From a bacterium (GTDB lineage: Bacteria > Patescibacteriota > Minisyncoccia > Phycocordibacterales > UBA5272), in contig JAYTSG010000009.1 of the NCBI GenBank assembly GCA_043745785.1, positions 1 to 43,573 of the forward strand: a stretch of DNA of 43,573 bases, in the 5' to 3' direction. Within the stretch, counting starts at the first letter, position 1. Each line of letters starts with the position of its first letter. Positions 19,474 through 27,695 of the stretch are shown piece after piece. A model generated the notes under the pieces. That model was not told the origin of the DNA and made no database searches. It saw only the letters and a program-made list of their open reading frames with translations. Both the position numbers and the translations under genes were made by a program.

Positions 19474-19788
19474 ATGAAATATAAAAGACAACTCGTAAGC
19501 GGTATGTTTGCTCTAACTCTATTAGTTACTGGTTCATCTGCATTTGCAGCTGATATTCCAGTAATAGGATCAAAGATGATGCAACAGACTAATCAAGTAA
19601 AAATGAAGTCTGGTGTTAGTAAGGATAGGATAGTTGATGCAAAAGATGCGAATGGTAAAGATCTTGAAACAAAAGATGATACAGTAAAAAAAGTATCAAC
19701 TATAAAGAAACATAAGAAAGCTCACACCATGAAAGTAAAAAATACATCCACTATTTCTACTACCCCTGCAACTAAGCCACTCCCATAA
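19474..19788 (+). CDS. Secreted hypothetical protein
   Basis: Signal peptide ending SSAFA. Confidence 0.75.
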   Translation: MKYKRQLVSGMFALTLLVTGSSAFAADIPVIGSKMMQQTNQVKMKSGVSKDRIVDAKDANGKDLETKDDTVKKVSTIKKHKKAHTMKVKNTSTISTTPATKPLP

Positions 19789-19805
19789 ATATCACTTTTG
19801 ACAGA

Positions 19806-19842
19806 GTATTAAAAAACACCTTTGAGAGGTGTTTTTTAATAC
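19806..19842. terminator. Intrinsic terminator
   Basis: gtattaaaaaacacct-ttgag-aggtgttttttaatac. Confidence 0.85.
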
Positions 19843-19992
19843 GTCACTCCGGGAATAACAAATAATTTATCAAGACTTAAAGTAAAAGTTTTTTACTTGT
19901 TTGCATATTTTCTATTAAGTAACTGATCTGCTAGTTCATATAATTTATCTTAGCATTTTTATACAAGTAAAAATATCTACCAAAAATTGTAA

Positions 19993-20024
19993 TTCACGCT
20001 TTCCTCATAACTTTATTTTATTAT
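19993..20024 (+). promoter_or_regulatory. Direct-repeat operator plus -10 (site 3)
   Basis: TTCACG-ctttc-CTCATA-N9-TATTAT. Confidence 0.65.
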
Positions 20025-20032
20025 AGAAACAT

Positions 20033-20800
20033 ATGACACAAACAACAAAAGACTTACTGATAAAAGTCCCTGCAGTAACACTTGGATTTTGGATTATTAA
20101 AATCCTCTGTACAACGCCTGGGGAAACTGGTGGAGATGCATTTTCTATGACATTGAATCTCGGATATCTTGTGAGTACTGGTATATTTGCAATACTACTT
20201 ATCGGGCTTGTAGTTGCACAAATAAAAGCAAAAACATTTAAACCATGGCTGTACTGGGCAACAATTATCGCATCTACTACCGCAGGTACCACGCTTGCAG
20301 ATTTTGCTGATAGATCGCTTCATATTGGGTACACTGGTGGATCATTATTACTTCTCTCTTTACTACTCATCACATTATTTGCGTGGAAGAAAAGCACCGG
20401 CACTATTTCAGTAGATAGTATTTCAAATCCAAAGAGTGAAATGTTCTACTGGACGGCCATTACTTTTTCTCAAACATTAGGAACTGCACTTGGAGACTGG
20501 TTTGCTGATACCAATGGTCTTGGGTATTTGCATTCTGCATTTGCTTTTGGGGCGTTACTTTTGTTTGTAACATTTCTTTATTTTAGAACCAAGGTTTCAA
20601 AAGTCGTGCTTTTTTTGGCAGCGTTTATCCTTACTCGACCACTTGGTGCAGTAGTTGGTGATTTCCTTGATAAGCCCTTTGCGAAAGGCGGACTTGATAT
20701 TTCAAGACCAATGGTATCTCTAATACTTCTTGTTGCAATAGTTATTTTAATTGCAGTACTTCCACAGAAAGCAAGCATTCTAAACACGCATAAAGTATGA
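20033..20800 (+). CDS. COG4705 (DUF347-repeat) membrane protein
   Basis: KVPAVTLGFWIIKILCTTPGETGGD, LGTALGD, TRPLGAVVGD. Confidence 0.88.
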   Translation: MTQTTKDLLIKVPAVTLGFWIIKILCTTPGETGGDAFSMTLNLGYLVSTGIFAILLIGLVVAQIKAKTFKPWLYWATIIASTTAGTTLADFADRSLHIGYTGGSLLLLSLLLITLFAWKKSTGTISVDSISNPKSEMFYWTAITFSQTLGTALGDWFADTNGLGYLHSAFAFGALLLFVTFLYFRTKVSKVVLFLAAFILTRPLGAVVGDFLDKPFAKGGLDISRPMVSLILLVAIVILIAVLPQKASILNTHKV

Positions 20801-21180
20801 AAAAATATCTTTGGCTAATACCATCACTCTATGTCGCATTTGAATTCGGGGGAAAGTTTTTTGAAGTATTAAATGACAATACAGAAATCACAAGTATCAT
20901 TTCTGTTATAAAACCACTATCTGGAATAGCTGGATACCTTTCGTATTTTCTGACTAGCTTTGATTTTTTGGTTGCAATATCACTTCTTGTCTTTTCTTGC
21001 TTTGCAATAACTAAAAAATATCACAAATATATATTTATATGGACTATTATTTGGCCATTTATACCTGCTTCTTTTAGATATTTTGGAGGAGTCGGGGATT
21101 TTGAAGTAATTCAAGTTTTAAGTATTTCGGTCTCCGCATTTATAGCATACATTTTGTATGAAAAATATTACAATTCATAA
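20797..21180 (+). CDS. Hypothetical membrane protein
   Basis: Hydrophobic ORF with ATGA-type overlap on the upstream gene. Confidence 0.7.
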   Translation: MKKYLWLIPSLYVAFEFGGKFFEVLNDNTEITSIISVIKPLSGIAGYLSYFLTSFDFLVAISLLVFSCFAITKKYHKYIFIWTIIWPFIPASFRYFGGVGDFEVIQVLSISVSAFIAYILYEKYYNS

Positions 21181-21205
21181 TTTCCTCATAACTATTATAT
21201 ATACT
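21174..21205 (+). promoter_or_regulatory. Direct-repeat operator plus -10 (site 4)
   Basis: TTCATA-atttc-CTCATA-N9-TATACT. Confidence 0.75.
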
Positions 21206-21212
21206 TTCTTAT

Positions 21213-22415
21213 ATGAATATCACAACTAAAAAGTTACTCAACAAAGTCCCAGAGGTTACAGCATATTTCTGGATTATTAAAATACTCTGTACAACAGTTG
21301 GAGAAACAGTAGCTGATTTTCTTAATGTGAAGCTGAGTTTTGGCCTTACAGGGACTTCTATAGTTATGGGTATTCTTTTGGCTGTCGTTCTCATCTTTCA
21401 ATTCAAAGCAACAAGATACATTCCTACGGTCTACTGGTTAACTGTGGCACTTGTGAGTGTTTTCGGAACATTGGTAACTGATAATCTGACTGATAAACTT
21501 GGTATTCCTCTTGAAACAAGCACGGTCATCTTCAGTGTGCTTCTTGCTCTTACATTTATCATTTGGTATCTCAAAGAAAAAACACTTTCAGTTCACAAGA
21601 TTGTTACAACGAGACGAGAAGTTTTTTATTGGCTCGCAATTCTCTTCACCTTTGCGCTCGGTACTGCGTCAGGTGACCTAATGGCAGAAGGACTTGCTTT
21701 AGGTTACTTTACTACAGGTATTATTGTTGCTTCAGTTATCGCTATCACTTCAATCGCTTGGAAATTAAGATTAAACTCAATCCTTTCATTTTGGGTGATA
21801 TACATCATGACACGACCACTCGGTGCTTCAATTGGGGACTTTCTTTCTCAACCGACAAATCATGGAGGATTAGGACTTGGAGCGACGGTAACAAGTCTTG
21901 TCTTCGTTGTAGGCATTGTTGCTATTGTTACCTATCTCTCATCAACAAAGCGTGATGTAATTGCATTTTCTAAAACAGAATATATAGACGAATCAAAAGA
22001 AAAGGGGGGTTTGTGTCAGACTGCCATGGTTTTATTGTTGTTTCTTATTGTTGGTGGAACAGGATATCATATCTTACATACCCAACTTCAAGCAAAGATA
22101 GATGCACCGACAAGTACCGCAACTTCCACGATAACTTTTGCCTCACCTCTTGGTGATCTATCTTCCTTCAGGATTGTTACCCAAGATACTCTTGATAAAC
22201 TAAATGCTAATGATCAGTCTGGTGCTACTGCTCGTATTAGTGATTTAGAATATGCGTGGGACCAAGCTCGACCAATACTTAAAGCAAAAAATAGTACAGA
22301 ATGGACTAAGGTTGACGGAAAGATAGATACTGTGCTTCGTGAGCTACGAGGAGTGAGTCCAAATCAAGTAAGTGAAAAGTCTGCACTGGAAGCATTGCTT
22401 ACAGTTCTTAAATAG
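21213..22415 (+). CDS. COG4705 membrane protein with extra C-terminal helical extracytoplasmic domain
   Basis: NKVPEVTAYFWIIKILCTTVGET, FALGTASGD, TRPLGASIGD; tail LGDLSSFR...DLEYAWD. Confidence 0.88.
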   Translation: MNITTKKLLNKVPEVTAYFWIIKILCTTVGETVADFLNVKLSFGLTGTSIVMGILLAVVLIFQFKATRYIPTVYWLTVALVSVFGTLVTDNLTDKLGIPLETSTVIFSVLLALTFIIWYLKEKTLSVHKIVTTRREVFYWLAILFTFALGTASGDLMAEGLALGYFTTGIIVASVIAITSIAWKLRLNSILSFWVIYIMTRPLGASIGDFLSQPTNHGGLGLGATVTSLVFVVGIVAIVTYLSSTKRDVIAFSKTEYIDESKEKGGLCQTAMVLLLFLIVGGTGYHILHTQLQAKIDAPTSTATSTITFASPLGDLSSFRIVTQDTLDKLNANDQSGATARISDLEYAWDQARPILKAKNSTEWTKVDGKIDTVLRELRGVSPNQVSEKSALEALLTVLK

Positions 22416-22451
22416 TAAGGTATGCACTACCCTTCTCGTGCTAGCTGTTGA

Positions 22452-22526
22452 TGGTGACCCTACAGAGAGTCGAACTCTGCTTCCATCCTTGAGAAGGATG
22501 TGTCCTAACCGATAGACGATAGGGCC
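22452..22526 (-). tRNA. tRNA-Glu (anticodon CTC), CCA encoded
   Basis: GGCCCTATCGTCTATCGGTTAGGACACATCC-TTCTCAA-GGATGGAAGCAGAGTTCGACTCTCTGTAGGGTCACCA folds as a cloverleaf. Confidence 0.97.
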
Positions 22527-22574
22527 GTTTGAGGCTTTACTTTTTTTAAAAGTCTTAAAAACCAGTAAGCGAAA

Positions 22575-22602
22575 TAATAGCACATTTTTTACATTATTGC
22601 AA
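22575..22602 (-). promoter_or_regulatory. Sigma70 promoter for tRNA-Glu
   Basis: TTGCAA-N16-TATTAT with TG extension. Confidence 0.6.
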
Positions 22603-22640
22603 GTAAGCCTTATTCTATAAGCCTTTTAAGGACTTATCCT

Positions 22641-22700
22641 TTGACAGACTAATGTTTTTGTGATAAAATACTTGACAAAGAGTGTTCGTTGTGCTAGAAT
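22641..22700 (+). promoter_or_regulatory. Two tandem near-consensus sigma70 promoters
   Basis: TTGACA-N17-TAAAAT (22641-22669) and TTGACA-N17-TAGAAT (22672-22700), both with TGn extension. Confidence 0.8.
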
Positions 22701-22805
22701 GTTATTACACAATTATAAAAGCTTTATGTCAAATACCGATTAGGTATTTTCATTTGCTTAAACAAATCCAGAGATGATCCGTTCCGGAAGCGTAATCCGG
22801 ATACC

Positions 22806-23348
22806 ATGACAAAACAACTATACAAAGCAGGTCAAGTGATGGCATTCGTTCCAATGATGATAATGCCAGGAGCTTCTCTTGCTATCAAAGATGTTTCAAT
22901 AACAAAGGCACCAGTAACAAGGAATGTTGTTGAAAGATCTAAGGAAGAAATCCGTAAGGAGCGTGCAGCTGCTATTAATAAATACTTTAGCGACAAAGAT
23001 ATGCCTCTCTATGGAAAAGGTTTACAATTCGTGCTCGTTGCTGAAAAGTACGGACTCGATTGGAGACTACTTCCTGCCATCTCTATTCGTGAAAGTTCTG
23101 GAGGAAGACAAGACTGTGGTAACAATCCATTTGGATGGGGATCATGTAAGCTCCATAATTTTAAGTCATATGATGAGGCTATCGAGATTGTCGGTAAACA
23201 CTTAGGGGGTGCAGCTGAATCGACTTCGCGTTATTATGCTGGAAAAACTTCTGCTGAAAAATTGTATTATTATAATGGCTCAGTAGAGCCTGCATACCCA
23301 GGAGAAGTACTCGGAATCATGGAAGACGTCGAGATGAGACTTGAATAA
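22806..23348 (+). CDS. Lysozyme-like (glucosaminidase/transglycosylase-fold) secreted cell-wall hydrolase
   Basis: KYGLDWRLLPAISIRESSGG...NNPFGWG...YYYN. Confidence 0.75.
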   Translation: MTKQLYKAGQVMAFVPMMIMPGASLAIKDVSITKAPVTRNVVERSKEEIRKERAAAINKYFSDKDMPLYGKGLQFVLVAEKYGLDWRLLPAISIRESSGGRQDCGNNPFGWGSCKLHNFKSYDEAIEIVGKHLGGAAESTSRYYAGKTSAEKLYYYNGSVEPAYPGEVLGIMEDVEMRLE

Positions 23349-23380
23349 TATTCTGTCAGTATCGTACAGAGGGTCAATTC

Positions 23381-23420
23381 AAATAAATCGCGTACCGAAA
23401 GGTTCGCGATTTGTTTTTGT
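23381..23420 (+). terminator. Intrinsic terminator
   Basis: aaatcgcgtacc-gaaa-ggttcgcgattt followed by a T-run. Confidence 0.75.
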
Positions 23421-23436
23421 TGAGTAGTGAGAGAAA

Positions 23437-23482
23437 TAGACTTGTTCCTAAATAACAACGTTGTTATTTAGGAACAAGTCTA
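23437..23482. repeat. Perfect 46-bp palindrome without spacer
   Basis: tagacttgttcctaaataacaac|gttgttatttaggaacaagtcta. Confidence 0.95.
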
Positions 23483-23503
23483 ACATGCTATACTTTTTTG
23501 CAT

Positions 23504-24553
23504 ATGGAAATACTGCTTTTAATTGTCGGGTTTGTTATTGCGTTACTGCTTTTTATTATTTTACTACGACAAAATACAAAAGGTAGAATGAATGAAGATA
23601 AATCTTTTTTCATGCTTCAAGATCAATTAGAGAGAATGACAAAAACTATGGACGAGAGACTGCATCGCTCTTCTAGTGAGCTTCATCAAGTACTACACCG
23701 TCAAGATAGTGAGGCGAAGAAGCTTATCACGGATATCACTAAAGAATTAACTGAAGTTAAAGAAGGAAATAAACAAGTGTTTTCTGTGACAGAACAGTTA
23801 CAGAATTTAGAAAAAGTGCTGACTCATCAAAAACAGCGTGGCAACTTAGGTGAAGTACAATTAGAAAATATACTTTCAAACATGCTTGCTCCAGGGCAGT
23901 ACGAAATGCAGTATCGCTTTGAAACAAATGAAGTAGTGGATGCAGTGATACATACCAAAGATGGTATTATTCCTATAGATGCTAAATATTCACTGGATAA
24001 TTATCAGCGTCTCATGAGTGCTGATGGCGAAGATGACACGCTTTATTTTAAGAATGAATTTAAAAAAGATATACAAAAAAGAATTGATGAGACGAGTAAA
24101 TATATTAAGCCTGAAGAGGGTACCTTGCCTTTTGCTTTTATGTTTATCCCCGCTGAGGGGATATATTATGATCTCCTGATTAATCAGACAGCCAAAGGGT
24201 CTGCGAGTTCGCAGAACCTTATTGAATACGCGTATAATAAAAAGAAGGTCATCATTGTTTCGCCGACTACTTTTTATGCGTACTTACAGTCAGTGCTTTT
24301 TGGTTTTAAAGCATTTAAAATAGAAGAGAGTACTAAACATATACAAGCAAGAGTTGAAGAGCTGGGTAGACATATTGCGGTATATGAGGACTATGTGAAG
24401 AAGCTCGGTGTGACACTCGGAACGGCGGTCAGCCATTACAATGCATCGTACAAAGAATTGAAGAAAATTGATAAAGATGTGACGAGGATAACAGGGAGTA
24501 GCGTTGGTATCGAGCCAGAATTGTTAGAGAAGCCAATGTTTGAGGAGGAATAG
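23504..24553 (+). CDS. rmuC: DNA recombination protein RmuC
   Basis: N-terminal TM and coiled coil, RGNLGEVQLE, PIDAKYSL, FAFMFIPAEGIY, VSPTT. Confidence 0.92.
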   Translation: MEILLLIVGFVIALLLFIILLRQNTKGRMNEDKSFFMLQDQLERMTKTMDERLHRSSSELHQVLHRQDSEAKKLITDITKELTEVKEGNKQVFSVTEQLQNLEKVLTHQKQRGNLGEVQLENILSNMLAPGQYEMQYRFETNEVVDAVIHTKDGIIPIDAKYSLDNYQRLMSADGEDDTLYFKNEFKKDIQKRIDETSKYIKPEEGTLPFAFMFIPAEGIYYDLLINQTAKGSASSQNLIEYAYNKKKVIIVSPTTFYAYLQSVLFGFKAFKIEESTKHIQARVEELGRHIAVYEDYVKKLGVTLGTAVSHYNASYKELKKIDKDVTRITGSSVGIEPELLEKPMFEEE

Positions 24554-24578
24554 GAAATGTAAATGAAAAGATAAGCAT

Positions 24579-24623
24579 AAAAAACGGACTGTGAAGCTAA
24601 GCCTTCACAGTCCGTTTTGTTTT
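24579..24623. terminator. Bidirectional terminator
   Basis: aaaacggactgtgaag...cttcacagtccgtttt. Confidence 0.8.
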
Positions 24624-24628
24624 TACTT

Positions 24629-24907
24629 TCATGACTTTTTCCATTCATGATACGTAAAAGCGGTGACAATGATGATGCCAAATTGACCAAAAAAGAGAAG
24701 GAGGAAGAGCTTGGTTAAGAGCCCTAATTCTTGGTCGAAGATAGCTCTGTGTGCTTCAAGGCAAGTATTTTTGAATTGCCAAGCACCAGTACGTTTTCTG
24801 TTTCTTTTAAGAATATCGATAAATCCTGCGAGTAAAGTCACCCCAATATTGAGGCTAAAAACTAACAGGAACCAGACTGGTAAGTTATCTTTCAAAAAGT
24901 CTCTCAT
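24629..24907 (-). CDS. Hypothetical 2-TM membrane protein
   Basis: AAGGA SD; two hydrophobic segments. Confidence 0.65.
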   Translation of the reverse strand: MRDFLKDNLPVWFLLVFSLNIGVTLLAGFIDILKRNRKRTGAWQFKNTCLEAHRAIFDQELGLLTKLFLLLFFGQFGIIIVTAFTYHEWKKS

Positions 24908-25029
24908 CGGGTTTCCTTTGCAGAGTTTAGAGTAACTCTAACACTTTTTAGTATTTTTGAAAGTGAGTAATAGACCCCTTATAAAAAAAGCTTGCGAATC
25001 TTTGAGAAATGCGGTATAATTTGCCTACT

Positions 25030-25347
25030 ATGGATTTTGCAGTCATTAAAACAGGTGGAAAGCAGTACAAAGTTTCTGTTGGAGACACTCTCAAAATTGA
25101 GAAGATTATTGGTGATTTTAAGGTAGGAGACAAACTTTCTTTCGAAGAAGTTCTTCTTACCGAGCTTGCTGGAACGACAACCGTTGGAGTCCCTACTGTT
25201 GTTTCTGCAAGTGTTGATGCTACTATTACAGAAATAGACAGACTCGAGAAAGTGATGGTAGTGCGATACAGACAAAAGTCTCGTTATCATAAGAAAAATG
25301 GCCATCGCCAGCCTTACTTTGGTATTAAGATTGAGGCAATCAAATAA
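25030..25347 (+). CDS. rplU: 50S ribosomal protein L21
   Basis: MDFAVIKTGGKQYKVSVGD...YHKKNGHRQPY; start at the ATG at 25030. Confidence 0.97.
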   Translation: MDFAVIKTGGKQYKVSVGDTLKIEKIIGDFKVGDKLSFEEVLLTELAGTTTVGVPTVVSASVDATITEIDRLEKVMVVRYRQKSRYHKKNGHRQPYFGIKIEAIK

Positions 25348-25520
25348 ATCGGGCTTGTTTGGAAAAAAAATGTACGAAAGTACGTTTTTATTCTTTGTAT
25401 ATGTTTGAATAGCAAAGTTATATGAGTGTTTTTTGATCGACTTGTGAATGCGATAAATATGAAAACGGACCACAAGGGTCCGTTTTTCTACTTCTTTCCC
25501 GATCTTTCTAGGCACTTTTT

Positions 25521-25901
25521 TCATGCTTTGAAAGAAGTAAAAAGAAGTATCCTTGATAACGTATATATGCCAACAAGAGTGTAGAGAGTTATCTTGTCTC
25601 CTTGGCGCAAGTCGTCTACAGTGTAGATGATGATAATCAGAAAAATGGCGCAAGCGGTGAGTTCCAAGAGATGAGACGGGGGTTTGCGGGGAGCTCTTCT
25701 TCTTTTGCCAATTTCTCCTTCGAGTACCGTGTCGCCACGGTAAAGGAGAATCATGAGTAATACAATGAGGCATACTATTGCTGTTACTTTGCCAGATAGT
25801 GGGGGCGGATACCTTAATAGAAAAGCAAGATATCCTGTACCGAGCACGAGGTACAGACAGTACAGTTTTCTGATAATGTTGGCCGTGGAATTTTTGTTCA
25901 A
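25521..25901 (-). CDS. Hypothetical 4-TM membrane protein
   Basis: GGAG-N6-TTG start; hydrophobic segments; hairpin at 25462-25487 downstream. Confidence 0.6.
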   Translation of the reverse strand: MNKNSTANIIRKLYCLYLVLGTGYLAFLLRYPPPLSGKVTAIVCLIVLLMILLYRGDTVLEGEIGKRRRAPRKPPSHLLELTACAIFLIIIIYTVDDLRQGDKITLYTLVGIYTLSRILLFTSFKA

Positions 25902-25969
25902 TTTGATCTCCAAGTTGATATTGATGAAGGCTCTCGCGCATTCTATAAGCTTACTTGTTTCTTGTAAAG

Positions 25970-26593
25970 CTATTCTCTATGTTCAAAAGCACTTTTGAAC
26001 GTGTCTTTGTCGACATATTCGAGTTCAAGACCAGAGGAAAGTCCACGTGCGAGCATAGTAAAAGTAACTTTTTCTATACCAACAATTTGTAGTAATGTCT
26101 TTTTTGTATAGTCGGTAGTGATGTCTCCTTGATTGGTGACAGGGAGGGCAAAGATGATTTCTTCCAGTATTCCACTCTCTACTTTCTCATGAACGAGGCG
26201 AGCGAGCTCACGAATGCGTATGTAGTCACTCGGCTTCTCTGCGAGGACAGGGAGTATGCCCCCTAGGACGAAATATTTGCCATTGTAGGCACTTGTTTTC
26301 TCTATTGCGTCTATATCGAGTTCTTTCTCAACGAGCATAAGCTTACCAGCTTCCCTGGTCTCACTTTCACAAATGAGACAAAGGTCTTTATTGCTTAGGC
26401 GAACTTGTCCAAAGAAACAAAAACATTCGGAGCATTGTTTGCCGTGATTTTTGATGGCCTCGACGCTACGGATGAGTTCATCTTTAAAACGAGCATCTTT
26501 TCGAATCAAATAGTATACAAAGCGTTTGGCTTGTTTTGGTCCGATGCCAGGAAATTGGGTAAAGAGATGAGTAAGAGAATCGACAGGGTTCAT
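25970..26593 (-). CDS. recR: Recombination mediator RecR
   Basis: FPGIGPKQAKR, CSEC...CLIC, YNGKYFVLGG, ARGLSSGLELEYVD. Confidence 0.95.
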   Translation of the reverse strand: MNPVDSLTHLFTQFPGIGPKQAKRFVYYLIRKDARFKDELIRSVEAIKNHGKQCSECFCFFGQVRLSNKDLCLICESETREAGKLMLVEKELDIDAIEKTSAYNGKYFVLGGILPVLAEKPSDYIRIRELARLVHEKVESGILEEIIFALPVTNQGDITTDYTKKTLLQIVGIEKVTFTMLARGLSSGLELEYVDKDTFKSAFEHRE

Positions 26594-26692
26594 AGAAGAA
26601 AAGTGTAACATGAAAAGAATTAGTTGACGTAATTGCATTATTTTGGTAGAAAGAGGTCACTGTTCTACGTTCAAGTCACACAGGAGTAAATC

Positions 26693-26953
26693 GTGAAAAG
26701 TAAGAAAAAAGGTAAAACTGACACAAAGCTTTGGATGGTCAGTGTGAATGACGGCGAGGTATGGCTTAAAATATATTTCTTAAAAGAGAAGGTTGCGAGA
26801 AAATACTTTGAAGCTTTTATCGGTACGAAAGTTCAACCGAAGGAAGTGCCTGTAAAGGTCGAAGTATTCTCATCTCAAAGCCCAAAGAAGTACTTTTTGC
26901 TAGAAAAGAGAGGGAAAGTTGGAAAAGAGATTACCGACATCAGATTTTTTTAA
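26693..26953 (+). CDS. Hypothetical basic protein
   Basis: AGGAG SD plus GTG; hairpin cgagccgaaaggctcg downstream. Confidence 0.6.
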   Translation: MKSKKKGKTDTKLWMVSVNDGEVWLKIYFLKEKVARKYFEAFIGTKVQPKEVPVKVEVFSSQSPKKYFLLEKRGKVGKEITDIRFF

Positions 26954-27112
26954 TCAAGGTAATGTCTTTGACGCAGTGCGAGCCGAAAGGCTCGTCTATT
27001 TTTTTACAAATAACAAACTTAAAAATATAACAAATAGTCTTATGCTGTCATAGTATAAGCAATAATAAGCATACTCTCGCTCAACCCCCGAAAAAGTTTT
27101 CTGGAGTTAATC

Positions 27113-27388
27113 ATGAAGAATCGTGAAAAAATTGCAGTTTGTTTTGCGTTCTTTTTCTTTTCTGGAACATTGACTTGCTACGGTATAGAGCACTATATAC
27201 CACTTGTTGTGACCCTAAGCCCTGATTTGAGTTTGGACAGTAAAGGGCTTCCGATTATCACTCAAGTCGCTACCATGTTGATACTCGGTATTTCCCTGTT
27301 TCTACTCCTCTTCTTTACAGGGATATTGTCTTTAGGTATTTACCATCTTATTTCTGAAAAGGAATGGCAGCCGTCATCCTCCTCATAA
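27113..27388 (+). CDS. Hypothetical 2-TM membrane protein
   Basis: GGAG SD; hairpin cacgcga...tcgcgtg with T-run downstream. Confidence 0.6.
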   Translation: MKNREKIAVCFAFFFFSGTLTCYGIEHYIPLVVTLSPDLSLDSKGLPIITQVATMLILGISLFLLLFFTGILSLGIYHLISEKEWQPSSSS

Positions 27389-27497
27389 AAGTTTTTCTAT
27401 GAACCAGACCTCAGTAAGTGATTAGCTTAGTCATCACGCGAATCGAAAGGATCGCGTGTTTTTCATTTTGTAATAGACTTCTTTCAAAACTCTCCCA

Positions 27498-27658
27498 TGT
27501 CATTCCTGAATTAGCAGATTCACGATTGGAGCTGAGCAGTTTTGTCATCAAAAGTGAGTCCAGAATCTAGGTTGTATTTCAAAGGGAAGATCTGGATCCC
27601 ACCGTCATACGTGAATCTGGTAATTGAGATATTGTGAGTACACAATTCTAGTATGACA
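27498..27658. repeat. REP/WPE-like palindromic element, copy B
   Basis: Imperfect terminal inverted repeats tgtcattcctgaatt / aattctagtatgaca; internal tctggatcccaccgtcatacgtga. Confidence 0.7.
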
Positions 27659-27695
27659 ACTATGATAATGAAGGTTTTGAAAGAGGTTTAATGTA

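Larger units (their letters stand above)
15620..22451. mobile_element. Probable degenerate genomic island at the tRNA-Glu 3' end
   Basis: Recombinase remnant at one end and tRNA 3' end at the other; AT-rich co-oriented accessory genes; no att direct repeat found. Confidence 0.55.

Noticed and set aside
24979-25941. 320-aa minus-strand ORF
   Set aside because: Overlaps rplU antisense and a better-supported membrane ORF; composition is not protein-like
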